Source: Alphaproteobacteria bacterium (GTDB taxonomy: Bacteria; Pseudomonadota; Alphaproteobacteria; JBFXJJ01). From it: a DNA stretch of 31,075 nt. Location of the stretch: assembly GCA_050175015.1 (NCBI GenBank), contig JBFXJJ010000020.1, positions 1 through 31,075 of the forward strand, written 5' to 3'. Below, in pieces: positions 1 to 9,051 of the stretch; within the stretch, counting starts at the first letter, position 1, and every line of letters begins with the position of its first letter. The notes beneath the pieces were generated by a model. The model was not told where the DNA came from and made no database searches. It saw nothing but the letters and a program-made list of their open reading frames with translations. The position numbers were made by a program, and so were the translations under genes.

Positions 1-1
1 A

Positions 2-655
2 AACAGAATAATTCAATATTCAGAAGATGAAAGCAAACTCTTGATAAACTATGTTATTCGCACTTCTATAAAACCAATATTATTTGTTGAAGGAATATCA
101 GACGTTGACATCTTAAAAACAGCATACAAAAAACTATATCCTGATGAGGATATGCCAATTCTCGTGCAAGATGCTTTTGATAGAGGCTTTATAAAAATAT
201 TAATGTCTAGAGATGAGCTTTTTGTAAATTATCCCGATAAATGGTTTTTTTCACTATTCGACTTTGATAAAGCTTATGAAGATTGGAGGGATTTGGGTGG
301 CAACATAGAAATAACCGATATAGAAAAAGGAATGTGCAGAAAAAAAGATGGTAAAAAGGCTTATGCTTTTATGCTTCCAATACCTAATAATAAGCTAAAA
401 AAACAAGTTTGGAATGATGACAATCCCGTTGAAAAAATAATAAGTAACCCCCATTTTACTATCGAACATATTTTTTGGAATAAAACCTCTTTAGCTAGTT
501 GGTTTATAAAAGACGAAAAATCTGGTTTTATAAGATTTAAAGGAGATAAACATAAAGTAAAATTTGCTAAAGATATTGTTCCAACACTTGATGAAAGCTG
601 TTTTAAACCATTCCGCCCAATGTTTGAGTTTATAAAAAAGACCATAGGAAATTAA
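2..655 (+). CDS. C-terminal part of an OLD-family-like (probable ATPase-TOPRIM) nuclease; 5' end outside window
   Basis: Frame is open from position 2 (NRIIQYSEDESKLL...), so the start at 41 is probably internal. TOPRIM-like motifs ILFVEGxSD and FDFD, plus a later TIEH motif. Confidence 0.6.
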   Translation, partial: NRIIQYSEDESKLLINYVIRTSIKPILFVEGISDVDILKTAYKKLYPDEDMPILVQDAFDRGFIKILMSRDELFVNYPDKWFFSLFDFDKAYEDWRDLGGNIEITDIEKGMCRKKDGKKAYAFMLPIPNNKLKKQVWNDDNPVEKIISNPHFTIEHIFWNKTSLASWFIKDEKSGFIRFKGDKHKVKFAKDIVPTLDESCFKPFRPMFEFIKKTIGN

Positions 656-658
656 ATA

Positions 659-2521
659 ATGATGACGAATTTAAAAAATAAAATTGATGCTGATGACAAA
701 AACATTCAACAGTTATTAAAAGACCAAAAGTTTACAATTGATTATTTTCAAAGAGAGTATCGTTGGCAGGAAAAACATATTAAGCTCTTAATCGAAGACC
801 TTACATCAAATTTCTTAAAATCTTATCAACCAAACCATCAAAGAAAAGAAGTCGCAAACTATCAAAGTTATTATTTAGGTTCTGTTATTTTTAGCAATGT
901 TGATGGAAAAAAGTCTATTGTTGATGGGCAACAGCGAATAACCTCCATAACTTTGTTTTTAATTTATTTAAATCACTTACAAAAAAATAGCGAACACAAA
1001 GTATCCTTAACAGACCTTATTTTTTCAGAAAAGTATGGTGAAAAATCCTTTAACATGTCCGATGAACAAAGAGAACCTTGTTTAAAAGCTTTGTTTGAAA
1101 AAGGAGAATATGATTTAAAGGAAGACGATGATGAAACCGTAAAAAATCTTGTTTATCGCTACGAGGATATTACTAATTCTTTCCCATCTTTTCCAGAAAA
1201 TATTGATGAAGAAAAAGTTTTACCGTTCTTTATAGATTGGTTTATTGAAAAAGTTGTTCTTGTTGAAATAACTTCATATTCAGATGAGAATGCTTATAAC
1301 ATATTTGAAACAATGAACGATAGAGGATTAAACCTTACTCAAGCAGAAATGTTAAAGGGTTTTATACTATCAAAAATATCAAATAAAACATATAGAGAGG
1401 AAATAAACGACATATGGCGAAGAGAAATCCAGAAACTTTTAAGATATGAAGGAAACAAAGAATTAAGCTTTTTTCAGGCATGGTTCAGAGCGAAATATGC
1501 GGAAACTATGAGACCAGGAAAAGCTGGAGCTGAAGACCAAGATTTCGAATTAATTGGCTCTCGTTTTCACAGTTGGTTCAAAGAAAAGCACGTCGATCTA
1601 TTTAAACTAAAAGATTCTGATGATTTTTATAAATTCTTCAAAGAACAATTCCCATTTTTTGTAAAAGTTTATCTAGAAATACTAGATACAAAAACAGATT
1701 TTTCAAACGATATACCCCATATTAATTATATAAACCAATGGGGCATTGCTGATTCATTACAAGAACCGTTGCTTTTAGCAACAATAAACTGCGAAGATTC
1801 TAAAGAGATTATTTGCAAAAAAATAGATTTTATTGCTAGGTATATTGAGACTTTTACTGTCAAAAGAGCCATAAATTATAAAAAGTTTGGTCAGACATCT
1901 ATACGTTACACCATGTTCAATGTAATAAAAAAAGTTAGAAAAAATAGCGATATTCATTCTTTCGCTAGTATTTTATCAGAAGAAATCAAAAATATTCCTG
2001 AAAAATTTGATGGTATTTGTGATTTCAGATTACATGGTCAAAACAAATTCTTTGTCAAACACCTTCTATCCAGAATTTCTAGCTATATTGATAACATTAT
2101 TGGAAATGAAAACGTAAATTATGCCTATTATCATCACCCAAAAGGCAAACAGTTTGAAATTGAACATATATGGGGAAATAATTTTGAAATGCATAAATAT
2201 GAGTTTGAACAAGAAAACGATTTTCAACTCTGGCGAAACTCTATAGGAGCATTATTACTTCTTCCAAATGGCACCAATCAATCATTTAAAGATGAGTCAT
2301 ATGAAAATAAACTACCCCATTATTTAAAACAAAACACTTTTGCACAAACACTTCATAAAGAATACTACAAAAAAAATCCAAACTTTTTGAACTCAAAAGA
2401 AATTAAGGAGTTAAATTTTAGTTATCATGAGCAATTTAATAAAAATGATATTACTGAAAGACAAAAACTGGTAAAAAGAATATGTGAAAAAATTTGGTCA
2501 ATAGATTATTTCAATGTTTAA
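659..2521 (+). CDS. GmrSD-family modification-dependent (type IV) restriction endonuclease (DUF262 + DUF1524/HNH)
   Basis: FQREYRW, IVDGQQRITS and FETMNDRG motifs of DUF262; C-terminal EIEHI...SIGALLLL...NQS His-Me finger motif. Confidence 0.88.
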   Translation: MMTNLKNKIDADDKNIQQLLKDQKFTIDYFQREYRWQEKHIKLLIEDLTSNFLKSYQPNHQRKEVANYQSYYLGSVIFSNVDGKKSIVDGQQRITSITLFLIYLNHLQKNSEHKVSLTDLIFSEKYGEKSFNMSDEQREPCLKALFEKGEYDLKEDDDETVKNLVYRYEDITNSFPSFPENIDEEKVLPFFIDWFIEKVVLVEITSYSDENAYNIFETMNDRGLNLTQAEMLKGFILSKISNKTYREEINDIWRREIQKLLRYEGNKELSFFQAWFRAKYAETMRPGKAGAEDQDFELIGSRFHSWFKEKHVDLFKLKDSDDFYKFFKEQFPFFVKVYLEILDTKTDFSNDIPHINYINQWGIADSLQEPLLLATINCEDSKEIICKKIDFIARYIETFTVKRAINYKKFGQTSIRYTMFNVIKKVRKNSDIHSFASILSEEIKNIPEKFDGICDFRLHGQNKFFVKHLLSRISSYIDNIIGNENVNYAYYHHPKGKQFEIEHIWGNNFEMHKYEFEQENDFQLWRNSIGALLLLPNGTNQSFKDESYENKLPHYLKQNTFAQTLHKEYYKKNPNFLNSKEIKELNFSYHEQFNKNDITERQKLVKRICEKIWSIDYFNV

Positions 2522-2885
2522 TAAAAAATATATCGACATACCTCACATTGGAGAAGTCTTACAGGAAGAGTTTTTAGACCCCTTAATGTTATCTCAAAAT
2601 GCTCTTGCAAAGGCTTTAGGGATACCTCAAAACCGCATTAGCGATATTATCAATGGCAAAAGAGGCATAACCGCAGATACCGATTTAAGGCTTACTAAAT
2701 ACTTTGGTTTGTCTGAAGGTTATTTTTTAGGCATTCAAGAAGATTTTGAAATTATCAAAACAAAGCGAAAAATCGCCAGTGAACTTGAAGCTATCGTTCC
2801 TTATAACAAAGAACCTCAAACCTCTACATCTCTACAAGCAGGAAAAGACAATAGACACAAGCGAAACAAGCCCTCTACATCATAA
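2514..2885 (+). CDS. higA: HigA-family Xre-HTH antitoxin, orphan, with C-terminal extension
   Basis: PHIGEVLQEEFL, LSQNALAKALG..NRISDIINGKRGIT..TDLRL signature; near-identical to 19417..19716. Confidence 0.85.
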   Translation: MFNKKYIDIPHIGEVLQEEFLDPLMLSQNALAKALGIPQNRISDIINGKRGITADTDLRLTKYFGLSEGYFLGIQEDFEIIKTKRKIASELEAIVPYNKEPQTSTSLQAGKDNRHKRNKPSTS

Positions 2886-2949
2886 ATTTTGTGTAGAGGG
2901 CTGTTTTCTCTGTAAGCCTCAGTTATCAACACTTGTAGAGGTGCAGAGG
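2821..2949. repeat. Nested inverted repeat (cruciform-forming)
   Basis: Outer arms CCTCTACATCTCTACAAG (2821-2838) and CTTGTAGAGGTGCAGAGG (2932-2949); inner arms GCCCTCTACA (2870-2879) and TGTAGAGGGC (2892-2901). Confidence 0.8.
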
Positions 2950-3051
2950 GTTATTTGCCCCTGCTACCAATAAAAAAGCATTTTATATCCATAAAAGAAT
3001 CTCCTTATAAAAAATCTTGTGGGTAGTTTTTTAATGGATTTTAACGCACGT

Positions 3052-3071
3052 TGCGGCAATGATGCGGCAAT
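3052..3071. promoter_or_regulatory. Putative integrase arm-type sites of island 1
   Basis: TGCGGCAAT twice with 11-bp period, about 65 bp from the att core. Confidence 0.5.
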
Positions 3072-3074
3072 AGA

Positions 3075-3105
3075 AAAAAGCCCCGAGAATTTCTCGAGGC
3101 TTTTT
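3075..3105 (-). terminator. Rho-independent terminator-like hairpin downstream of the tRNA 3' fragment
   Basis: AAAAAGCCCCGAGAA-T-TTCTCGAGGCTTTTT stem flanked by A/T tracts. Confidence 0.65.
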
Positions 3106-3134
3106 ATTTTGTAACATACTGATGTTTATATCAA

Positions 3135-3186
3135 ATTTTGGTTGCGGGGGCAGGATTTGAACCATGCGACCTTCAGGTTATGAGCC
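3135..3186 (-). repeat. att site: 3' half of tRNA-Met(CAT), anticodon loop to CCA
   Basis: Minus strand GGCTCATAACCTGAAGGTCGCATGGTTCAAATCCTGCCCCCGCAACCA; 5' half absent; 50 bp identical to 20714-20763. Confidence 0.92.
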
Positions 3187-3313
3187 AAATTTTTAAGTGT
3201 TTTCTTGACATTTGCTAAAATTTATTACAACATATTTTCTATTATAAAACAATAGGTTATTTAACTTTCTAACATTATCTTGTTTTATTAAGATTAATAA
3301 AAATTTCTAAAAT

Positions 3314-3336
3314 GTGTAGCACCAGCGTAGCACCAG
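3314..3336. promoter_or_regulatory. Putative integrase arm-type sites, left end of island 2
   Basis: GTAGCACCAG tandem with 11-bp period; GTGTAGCACCAGCGTAGCAC recurs exactly at 20627-20646. Confidence 0.7.
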
Positions 3337-3359
3337 AAATTTTGCAAGGGGGTAAAAAT

Positions 3360-4229
3360 ATGAAAAAACAAACGCTAATGTTAATTCCTTACATATCATC
3401 TTTTTTGTTAGGATTTTTATTTTTTAAATTATCCTTAATTATCAGCAACGATGACTATAAGAGCATAATATCAAGTATATCCGCTTCTTTTATATCTATA
3501 CCAATTCTTTTTTTAGGATATGACTCAATAAAAAGCATATCCTCTAAAAAATTAAATAAAGAGATATTTGATTATGCCAAAGTTCATATAGACAAAGAAT
3601 TTTTATCATCACTAAATAAAATACATAAAATAATATATCCTAATGAAGAAAGAACATTCAGTAATCTTGAAAAAATGTTACACATACAAAGTCCTGAAAT
3701 CATAAAACAACAAATACAAGATAAAAAAATTTTAGGATTCACAATACTAAAACAGTGGGAAGAAGAACAAAAGAAAATAGAGGATATAATTAAAAATCCA
3801 TTAATATTAAAAGCTATTGATGATGATGGTATTATATCCCTTATACAAACATTAAAATCCATACGAGCAATTGAACGTATAGTTTTTAGAGATGATTTCC
3901 TTACTGAAAAATCAAAAAACAGAGAAACAACATACGAACTTGTTCCCCCAAACGATAACAATCCTGAATATCCAGAACGATATCTTTTGCTAACCAAATT
4001 AAATGGTAACAAAGGCATTGTTACGGATTTTGGTGATATAAAGAAATATAGCCTAAAAGATGTTTTGCACTCTTTTAAAATAGCTCCGCAATATCAAGAA
4101 ATATTTTCAAGCCTATTATTTAGTTTGATTAAAGATTTTAACTATTGGTTCTCTACAACAGGAAAAGAAATATTAATCGATACCAAAGAATTTAGAATAA
4201 TAGAAAAGAGAAATCCTGAAAATGCCTAG
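3360..4229 (+). CDS. Hypothetical protein with two N-terminal transmembrane segments
   Basis: ATG at 3360 follows a G-rich RBS-like run; two hydrophobic stretches in the first ~55 aa; stop overlaps the integrase start. Confidence 0.7.
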   Translation: MKKQTLMLIPYISSFLLGFLFFKLSLIISNDDYKSIISSISASFISIPILFLGYDSIKSISSKKLNKEIFDYAKVHIDKEFLSSLNKIHKIIYPNEERTFSNLEKMLHIQSPEIIKQQIQDKKILGFTILKQWEEEQKKIEDIIKNPLILKAIDDDGIISLIQTLKSIRAIERIVFRDDFLTEKSKNRETTYELVPPNDNNPEYPERYLLLTKLNGNKGIVTDFGDIKKYSLKDVLHSFKIAPQYQEIFSSLLFSLIKDFNYWFSTTGKEILIDTKEFRIIEKRNPENA

Positions 4230-5385
4230 CCATAAAATAAATTTTACCAAGCCGACACTTGCCAAACTTGCACCCGCTGAGAGTGGCAAGCGAACCTATT
4301 ATTATGATGAAACCGAAAAAGGACTTGTGCTTGATGTTACCAAAACAGGGGCAAAAAGCTTTTATCTGTATCAACGCATAAACGGCAAGCCAGAGCGGGT
4401 TTTTCTTGGTCGCTTTCCTGATATTTCAATTGAAAATGCCCGCAAAATGGCAAGAGAGAAAAAAGGCAAGATTGCCGAAGGCAAAAATCCTCAAAATGAA
4501 AGGCGGGCTTTACGGGCAGAAATGACCTTTAAAGAACTTTTTGATTTATATATGGAAAGATACAGCAAGCCTCATAAACGCTCTTGGAAATATGACGAAA
4601 GAGAAATTAACAAGTTTCTGCCTCATTGGTTTAACCGCAAAATATCATCTATCAGAAACGATGAAGTTTTAATGCTTCATAAAAAGATAGGTGAAAACAA
4701 TGGCATTTACGCCGCCAACCGCTTACTTGAAAGAATACGCTCCATTTATAACAAAGCGATTGAATGGGGTTATGACGGTTTAAATCCTGCTTTAAAAATC
4801 AAAAAGTTTAAAGAAAAATCAAGGGATAGATTTTTATCACCTGATGAACTGCCCCGATTTTTTGAAGCTTTAGAAAAAGAAGAAAATATCTCTGCTAAAA
4901 ACTTTATTTTAATGTCGCTTTTTACAGGGGCAAGAAAATCAAACACGCTTGCCATGGCTTGGAATGAAATAGATTTTAATCTTAGAACTTGGCATATTGA
5001 CGAAACTAAAAACGGTGAAAGTTTAACCCTGCCCCTGCCCGATAAAGCAATTGAACTTTTGCAAGAGATTAGAAAAACTTCAAACAGCGAATGGGTTTTT
5101 CCAAGTCCCGTTGATAAAAGCCAGCACCTTGCCGACCCTAGAAAAGCCTGGCATAGAATATTAAATGAAGCTGGCATTGAAGATTTAAACATTCACGATT
5201 TAAGAAGAACCTTTGGAAGCTATCAGGCTGTAACTGGTGCTAATAGTTACATAATCCAAAAGTCTTTGGGGCATAAAAGCTCACAATCAACCGCCGTTTA
5301 TGCAAGGCTAAACCTTGACCCCGTAAGGGCATCAATCAATACCGCAACCGATATGATTATGAATCTTAGCGCTACCAAGAAATAG
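4222..5385 (+). CDS. int: Tyrosine integrase (P4-like, with N-terminal arm-binding domain)
   Basis: N-terminal YYD..EKGL.L.V...G.KSF and LGRFPDISIENAR; catalytic motifs TGARK, HDLRRT and LGH...T..Y. Confidence 0.95.
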   Translation: MPSHKINFTKPTLAKLAPAESGKRTYYYDETEKGLVLDVTKTGAKSFYLYQRINGKPERVFLGRFPDISIENARKMAREKKGKIAEGKNPQNERRALRAEMTFKELFDLYMERYSKPHKRSWKYDEREINKFLPHWFNRKISSIRNDEVLMLHKKIGENNGIYAANRLLERIRSIYNKAIEWGYDGLNPALKIKKFKEKSRDRFLSPDELPRFFEALEKEENISAKNFILMSLFTGARKSNTLAMAWNEIDFNLRTWHIDETKNGESLTLPLPDKAIELLQEIRKTSNSEWVFPSPVDKSQHLADPRKAWHRILNEAGIEDLNIHDLRRTFGSYQAVTGANSYIIQKSLGHKSSQSTAVYARLNLDPVRASINTATDMIMNLSATKK

Positions 5386-5393
5386 GAAAAAAT

Positions 5394-6002
5394 ATGGGCA
5401 AGAAATACGATAAAAAATTTGAAGAAAAATATAGGTCTCGTTTGGAAAAAATAGACCTTCATTTAAAGGCGCTGGAAGAAAAAGAAGATTATATAAACAA
5501 CTACGCTTTTCATGCTGATTCGGCTATGAATCAGTTATCTTTTATATTGCTATCAATGACAGGGAACAGCTTTAGAGATGTAACAGAAGCTTATTTAAAA
5601 CACTGTGGCAAAGCAAGATGCAAACTAAAATATCCACGAAGCAAAAAACTTGCTTACTGTGATATAATCACAATCCTTGTCAATCGAGGCTCGCCGAAAT
5701 CTCAAGCGGTGAGTTTAGTTGCTAAAACCCGCAATAACTCAAAAATAAGCGTATCTGGTTTTGAAAAAGAAATGAAAAAATCGCTTTCTGCCTATAAAAA
5801 CAAAGCAGAAAACAACCCTAAAGACATAACTTTTCCAGAGAGCTTCATATTAGAATCTTATATTATAAAAGCACTTCTTAAAGAAATGAGAGATAATGCC
5901 GACTTTGAAGAGCTGGATAAAGAATGCCCCAAAGCATCAAAGGCTTTTAAATCAGTTTTAGAAGAAGTTGAAAAACATCACACGCCGTTAGATGCCTTTT
6001 AA
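5394..6002 (+). CDS. Hypothetical protein
   Basis: 202-aa ORF with AGGA RBS directly after the integrase; no recognised family. Confidence 0.65.
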   Translation: MGKKYDKKFEEKYRSRLEKIDLHLKALEEKEDYINNYAFHADSAMNQLSFILLSMTGNSFRDVTEAYLKHCGKARCKLKYPRSKKLAYCDIITILVNRGSPKSQAVSLVAKTRNNSKISVSGFEKEMKKSLSAYKNKAENNPKDITFPESFILESYIIKALLKEMRDNADFEELDKECPKASKAFKSVLEEVEKHHTPLDAF

Positions 6003-6123
6003 AAACAAGTTTTAAAAACCAATTTATTTTTAGGGGAAGTTTCGATTTCCCCTATATTTTTAAAGCAATTTTACTTCAAATAATCCTGTTAGAAAAAACT
6101 TTTAACTATCAGGAGAAACAAAA

Positions 6124-6324
6124 ATGACTTTAAGTAAATTGCTAACCCCTAAAGAGGTTTCAGAAATTCTTGGGGTATCCATAGAAACCTTGAATATCTG
6201 GAGAACGACCAAACGTTATCCCTTACCTTATGTAAAATCTGGAAGGCTTGTCCGTTATCGGGAAGAAGACATTGAAACCTTTATTGCTAATCGCTTGCAA
6301 AATGAGACTGTAGCTCAAATTTAG
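6124..6324 (+). CDS. Excisionase / helix-turn-helix DNA-binding protein
   Basis: LLTPKEVSEILGVSIETL..WR...LPYVK.GRLVRYR signature; AGGAG RBS. Confidence 0.88.
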   Translation: MTLSKLLTPKEVSEILGVSIETLNIWRTTKRYPLPYVKSGRLVRYREEDIETFIANRLQNETVAQI

Positions 6325-6339
6325 CTGGGATTCAAGCCA

Positions 6340-6582
6340 ATGAAATACATTAACGCCAAGCTCGATTTGATTATCAATTTAGGCAAAATCAAAGAAATGC
6401 TTAAAAAGGGCTTTTCTAAACTAAACATCTATCAAGAGCTGAAGCAAAAAGGCGAAATTAGATGTTCGCAAGCTTCATTTTATCGAGTTACTCGAAAATA
6501 CATTGATTTAAACGAAATTGATAACGCCATCAAGACCGAAGAACAGCCTAAAAAATCCCTGTTCAAAAACAACAACTTTTAA
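6340..6582 (+). CDS. traK: TraK-family oriT-binding accessory protein (IncP-like)
   Basis: IKEML.KGFS...IYQELK..GEI..S..SFYR..RKYI resembles the TraK family pattern; lies directly upstream of the traL-like gene. Confidence 0.65.
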   Translation: MKYINAKLDLIINLGKIKEMLKKGFSKLNIYQELKQKGEIRCSQASFYRVTRKYIDLNEIDNAIKTEEQPKKSLFKNNNF

Positions 6583-6594
6583 GGAGACCAAACC

Positions 6595-7326
6595 ATGCAG
6601 ATACATATTTTTTCACACACCAAAGGCGGAGTAGGAAAAACCTATATCGCTTATTTACTAGCTCAATATTATGCAAGCAAAAAGCTTGATACCATAATCA
6701 TTGATGCCGACCCCGTTAATGAAAGCCTTTTTGGCTTTAAAGGCTTAAACGTAAAAGCCCTAAACCTTATGGAAAACCATAAAATCGATATGGAAAAACT
6801 AAAACTGCTTTTCGAGAACCTGCCAAACGCCGATAAAATGATTATTGATATTGGTATGAGCTTGGTTTTGCCGTTTTATAAATATATGGCTGAAGGCAAT
6901 GTCATAAAGGCATTAGAAGAGCAAGGACACGAAGTTTTGCTTCATTCGATAATCACCAATGGAAGCGAGCAGGAAAGCTCTGTAAAAGGCTTGCAAATGC
7001 TTTCTGATAAGTTTGCAGACAGCAAGATTATGGTTTGGCTTAATAACTTTCTTGGAGCTAGAAAGCTAAAGCCCGATGAAATCGCAATCTTAAATGACTT
7101 AAAGGCAAAAGATCGCATTTGTAACTATGCGATTTTGCCAGATGCTTTTGCAATAGACAGGCAAAATAATAAAACCATTCTCAGCGACAACTTAAACAAA
7201 CTGTTAGCAGAAAAGCTGACCTTTAATGAAGCCAGCGACTGTCAAAGTTTGGACTACCCCGCCATTGAAAAGCTGTTAGAATTTAAAAAGCTTAATTATC
7301 AAGTTATCGAAAGCGTAAATTTATAA
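6595..7326 (+). CDS. traL: TraL-like ParA/MinD-type P-loop protein (IncP Tra1)
   Basis: KGGVGKT Walker A; AQY, IDADPVN, GFKGLNV, EQGHEVLLH, VWLN and KLTFNEA segments collinear with RP4 TraL as recalled. Confidence 0.8.
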   Translation: MQIHIFSHTKGGVGKTYIAYLLAQYYASKKLDTIIIDADPVNESLFGFKGLNVKALNLMENHKIDMEKLKLLFENLPNADKMIIDIGMSLVLPFYKYMAEGNVIKALEEQGHEVLLHSIITNGSEQESSVKGLQMLSDKFADSKIMVWLNNFLGARKLKPDEIAILNDLKAKDRICNYAILPDAFAIDRQNNKTILSDNLNKLLAEKLTFNEASDCQSLDYPAIEKLLEFKKLNYQVIESVNL

Positions 7327-7342
7327 TCCTTACCCACCGACC

Positions 7343-7380
7343 AAAATCCCCTTGTAATCCTAGCGTTACAGGGGGTTTTT
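7343..7380 (+). terminator. Rho-independent terminator after traL
   Basis: AAAATCCCCTTGTAA and TTACAGGGGGTTTT arms followed by T run. Confidence 0.7.
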
Positions 7381-7643
7381 GGAAAAGTTTAAAAATATCT
7401 ACTTTATTAGGTTCTGCCATAATAATCGCATCAACAAGGGTAATTTTAAGGAAACAATTCTCTTAAAATTATAAATTTGTTGCAAGAATCCTAAACGTTT
7501 TAATATTTATTGTCAGCCCCTTTAACTAAGTGTCTAAATTATTCTGACGACAAACAACACCAACAACACAATTGTTTTTACTTGCATCACACTGCTATCA
7601 CTAATAAGTTTAATAACAAGCACTTATTAAAGGAAACTTTGTC

Positions 7644-8330
7644 ATGTTTAAAATTATACTTCTTAGCTTAATCATAACAATATTCAACACACCCATTGCC
7701 ATATCACAAGAAACAAAAGAAAAACTATACGATAAAATTCCCTCTAAATTATTTAATAAGAGTATAGGCACTGTTGGTGGTGGAGACTTTGAAGCTTTCA
7801 ATTATAGAATGATTGCCCCTTTTAGAAGTTCCACCAGAGGCAAAATGTATCTAGAAAGAAGTGATATTAAAGATATGATAGATGCTAAAATCTATGAATT
7901 CAGAATGTTCAAAGTTATTTCAATGCTTTCACGCGATAAAAATTATGATGGCGTAATATCTCAAGAAGATTTAGATAAAATCTTAAAAGCTAAATTTCTC
8001 GAAAACCCAACAACCGAAGAACAAAAAAAAATAAATGAAGAACAAGCCGAAATTATGAAGGATGACCTAAATAAAGATGGTGAAATTTCACTAAAAGAAG
8101 CTAACTATGTTGATGATGAATATAAGAATAAAATAATCGACGACATAAAAAATCGTTTGGAACCATATTTTGAATATGGAGACTTTAACAACGATAATAT
8201 TGTAACTCTTGATGAAATGAGACAATTAGTAAGCAATATATTTAATATTTTAGATTTAGATGGCAGTTCTTTCATATCAACAGAAGAATTTCAAGCCTAT
8301 AAACAATACAGAGAAGAAAAAGGACTATAA
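7644..8330 (+). CDS. Secreted EF-hand calcium-binding protein (paralog 1)
   Basis: Signal-peptide-like N-terminus; loops DKNYDGVISQED, DLNKDGEISLKE, DFNNDNIVTLDE, DLDGSSFISTEE. Confidence 0.85.
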   Translation: MFKIILLSLIITIFNTPIAISQETKEKLYDKIPSKLFNKSIGTVGGGDFEAFNYRMIAPFRSSTRGKMYLERSDIKDMIDAKIYEFRMFKVISMLSRDKNYDGVISQEDLDKILKAKFLENPTTEEQKKINEEQAEIMKDDLNKDGEISLKEANYVDDEYKNKIIDDIKNRLEPYFEYGDFNNDNIVTLDEMRQLVSNIFNILDLDGSSFISTEEFQAYKQYREEKGL

Positions 8331-8376
8331 CAACGCAACTTTTTGACTCACATTATAAACAAAAGGTAATTTAACT

Positions 8377-9051
8377 ATGTTAAAAATTATATTTCTTAGC
8401 CTAATCATAACTATATTTAATACACCATTTGCAGTATCACAAGAAACTAAAGAAAGCCCATATGATAAAGTGCCAACAAAATTATGGGGAAAGAATTTAA
8501 TAGTAATTGATAGTGACTACGAAAGTTTTATGTTTAACAGATTACAGCCATTCAAACTGATGCATAAAAAAGATAAAACCAAGTTAGTAAGAAGTGATAT
8601 AAAAGACAAAATAAACACTGAAATTGATAATTTAAGAACGAGTAAATACTACGAAATCTTCATACATGATATGAATTTTGATGGCATCATCTCTAAAGAA
8701 GATTTAGATGAAAGTTTAAGACTGGAATATTTAGCTTTACCTATGTCAGATCAACAGAGGCGAAGAGATAATAAACGTAAAAAAATCATGGAAGCTGACC
8801 TGAATAATGATGGTGAAATTTCATTAAAAGAAGCTAGCACTATTGACGAGGAATATAAAAACAAAAAAATAGAGGATATAAAAAATCGTTTAGAACCATA
8901 TTTTGAATATGGAGATTTAAATAATGACGATATAGTAACACTAGATGAAATGAAAGAATTAGCTAGTAATACATTTAAAATTCTAGACTTGGACGGCAAT
9001 TCAGTAATATCAATAGAAGAATTTCACGCTTATAGGGAATACACGAAATAA
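8377..9051 (+). CDS. Secreted EF-hand calcium-binding protein (paralog 2)
   Basis: Same architecture; loops DMNFDGIISKED, DLNNDGEISLKE, DLNNDDIVTLDE, DLDGNSVISIEE. Confidence 0.85.
   Translation: MLKIIFLSLIITIFNTPFAVSQETKESPYDKVPTKLWGKNLIVIDSDYESFMFNRLQPFKLMHKKDKTKLVRSDIKDKINTEIDNLRTSKYYEIFIHDMNFDGIISKEDLDESLRLEYLALPMSDQQRRRDNKRKKIMEADLNNDGEISLKEASTIDEEYKNKKIEDIKNRLEPYFEYGDLNNDDIVTLDEMKELASNTFKILDLDGNSVISIEEFHAYREYTK

Noticed and set aside
3146-3157. nic-like ATCCTGCCC inside the tRNA fragment (minus strand)
   Set aside because: Fully explained by the normal T-arm sequence, and it lacks the CTTATTCGCA/TGCTCAAC block.
3135-3186. Intact tRNA-Met genes here and at 20714-20763
   Set aside because: The D-arm and 5' acceptor strand are absent; these are att fragments only.
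3312-3359. N-terminal extension of the two-TM ORF
   Set aside because: It runs through the arm-site repeat; the ATG at 3360 has a better RBS-like sequence.
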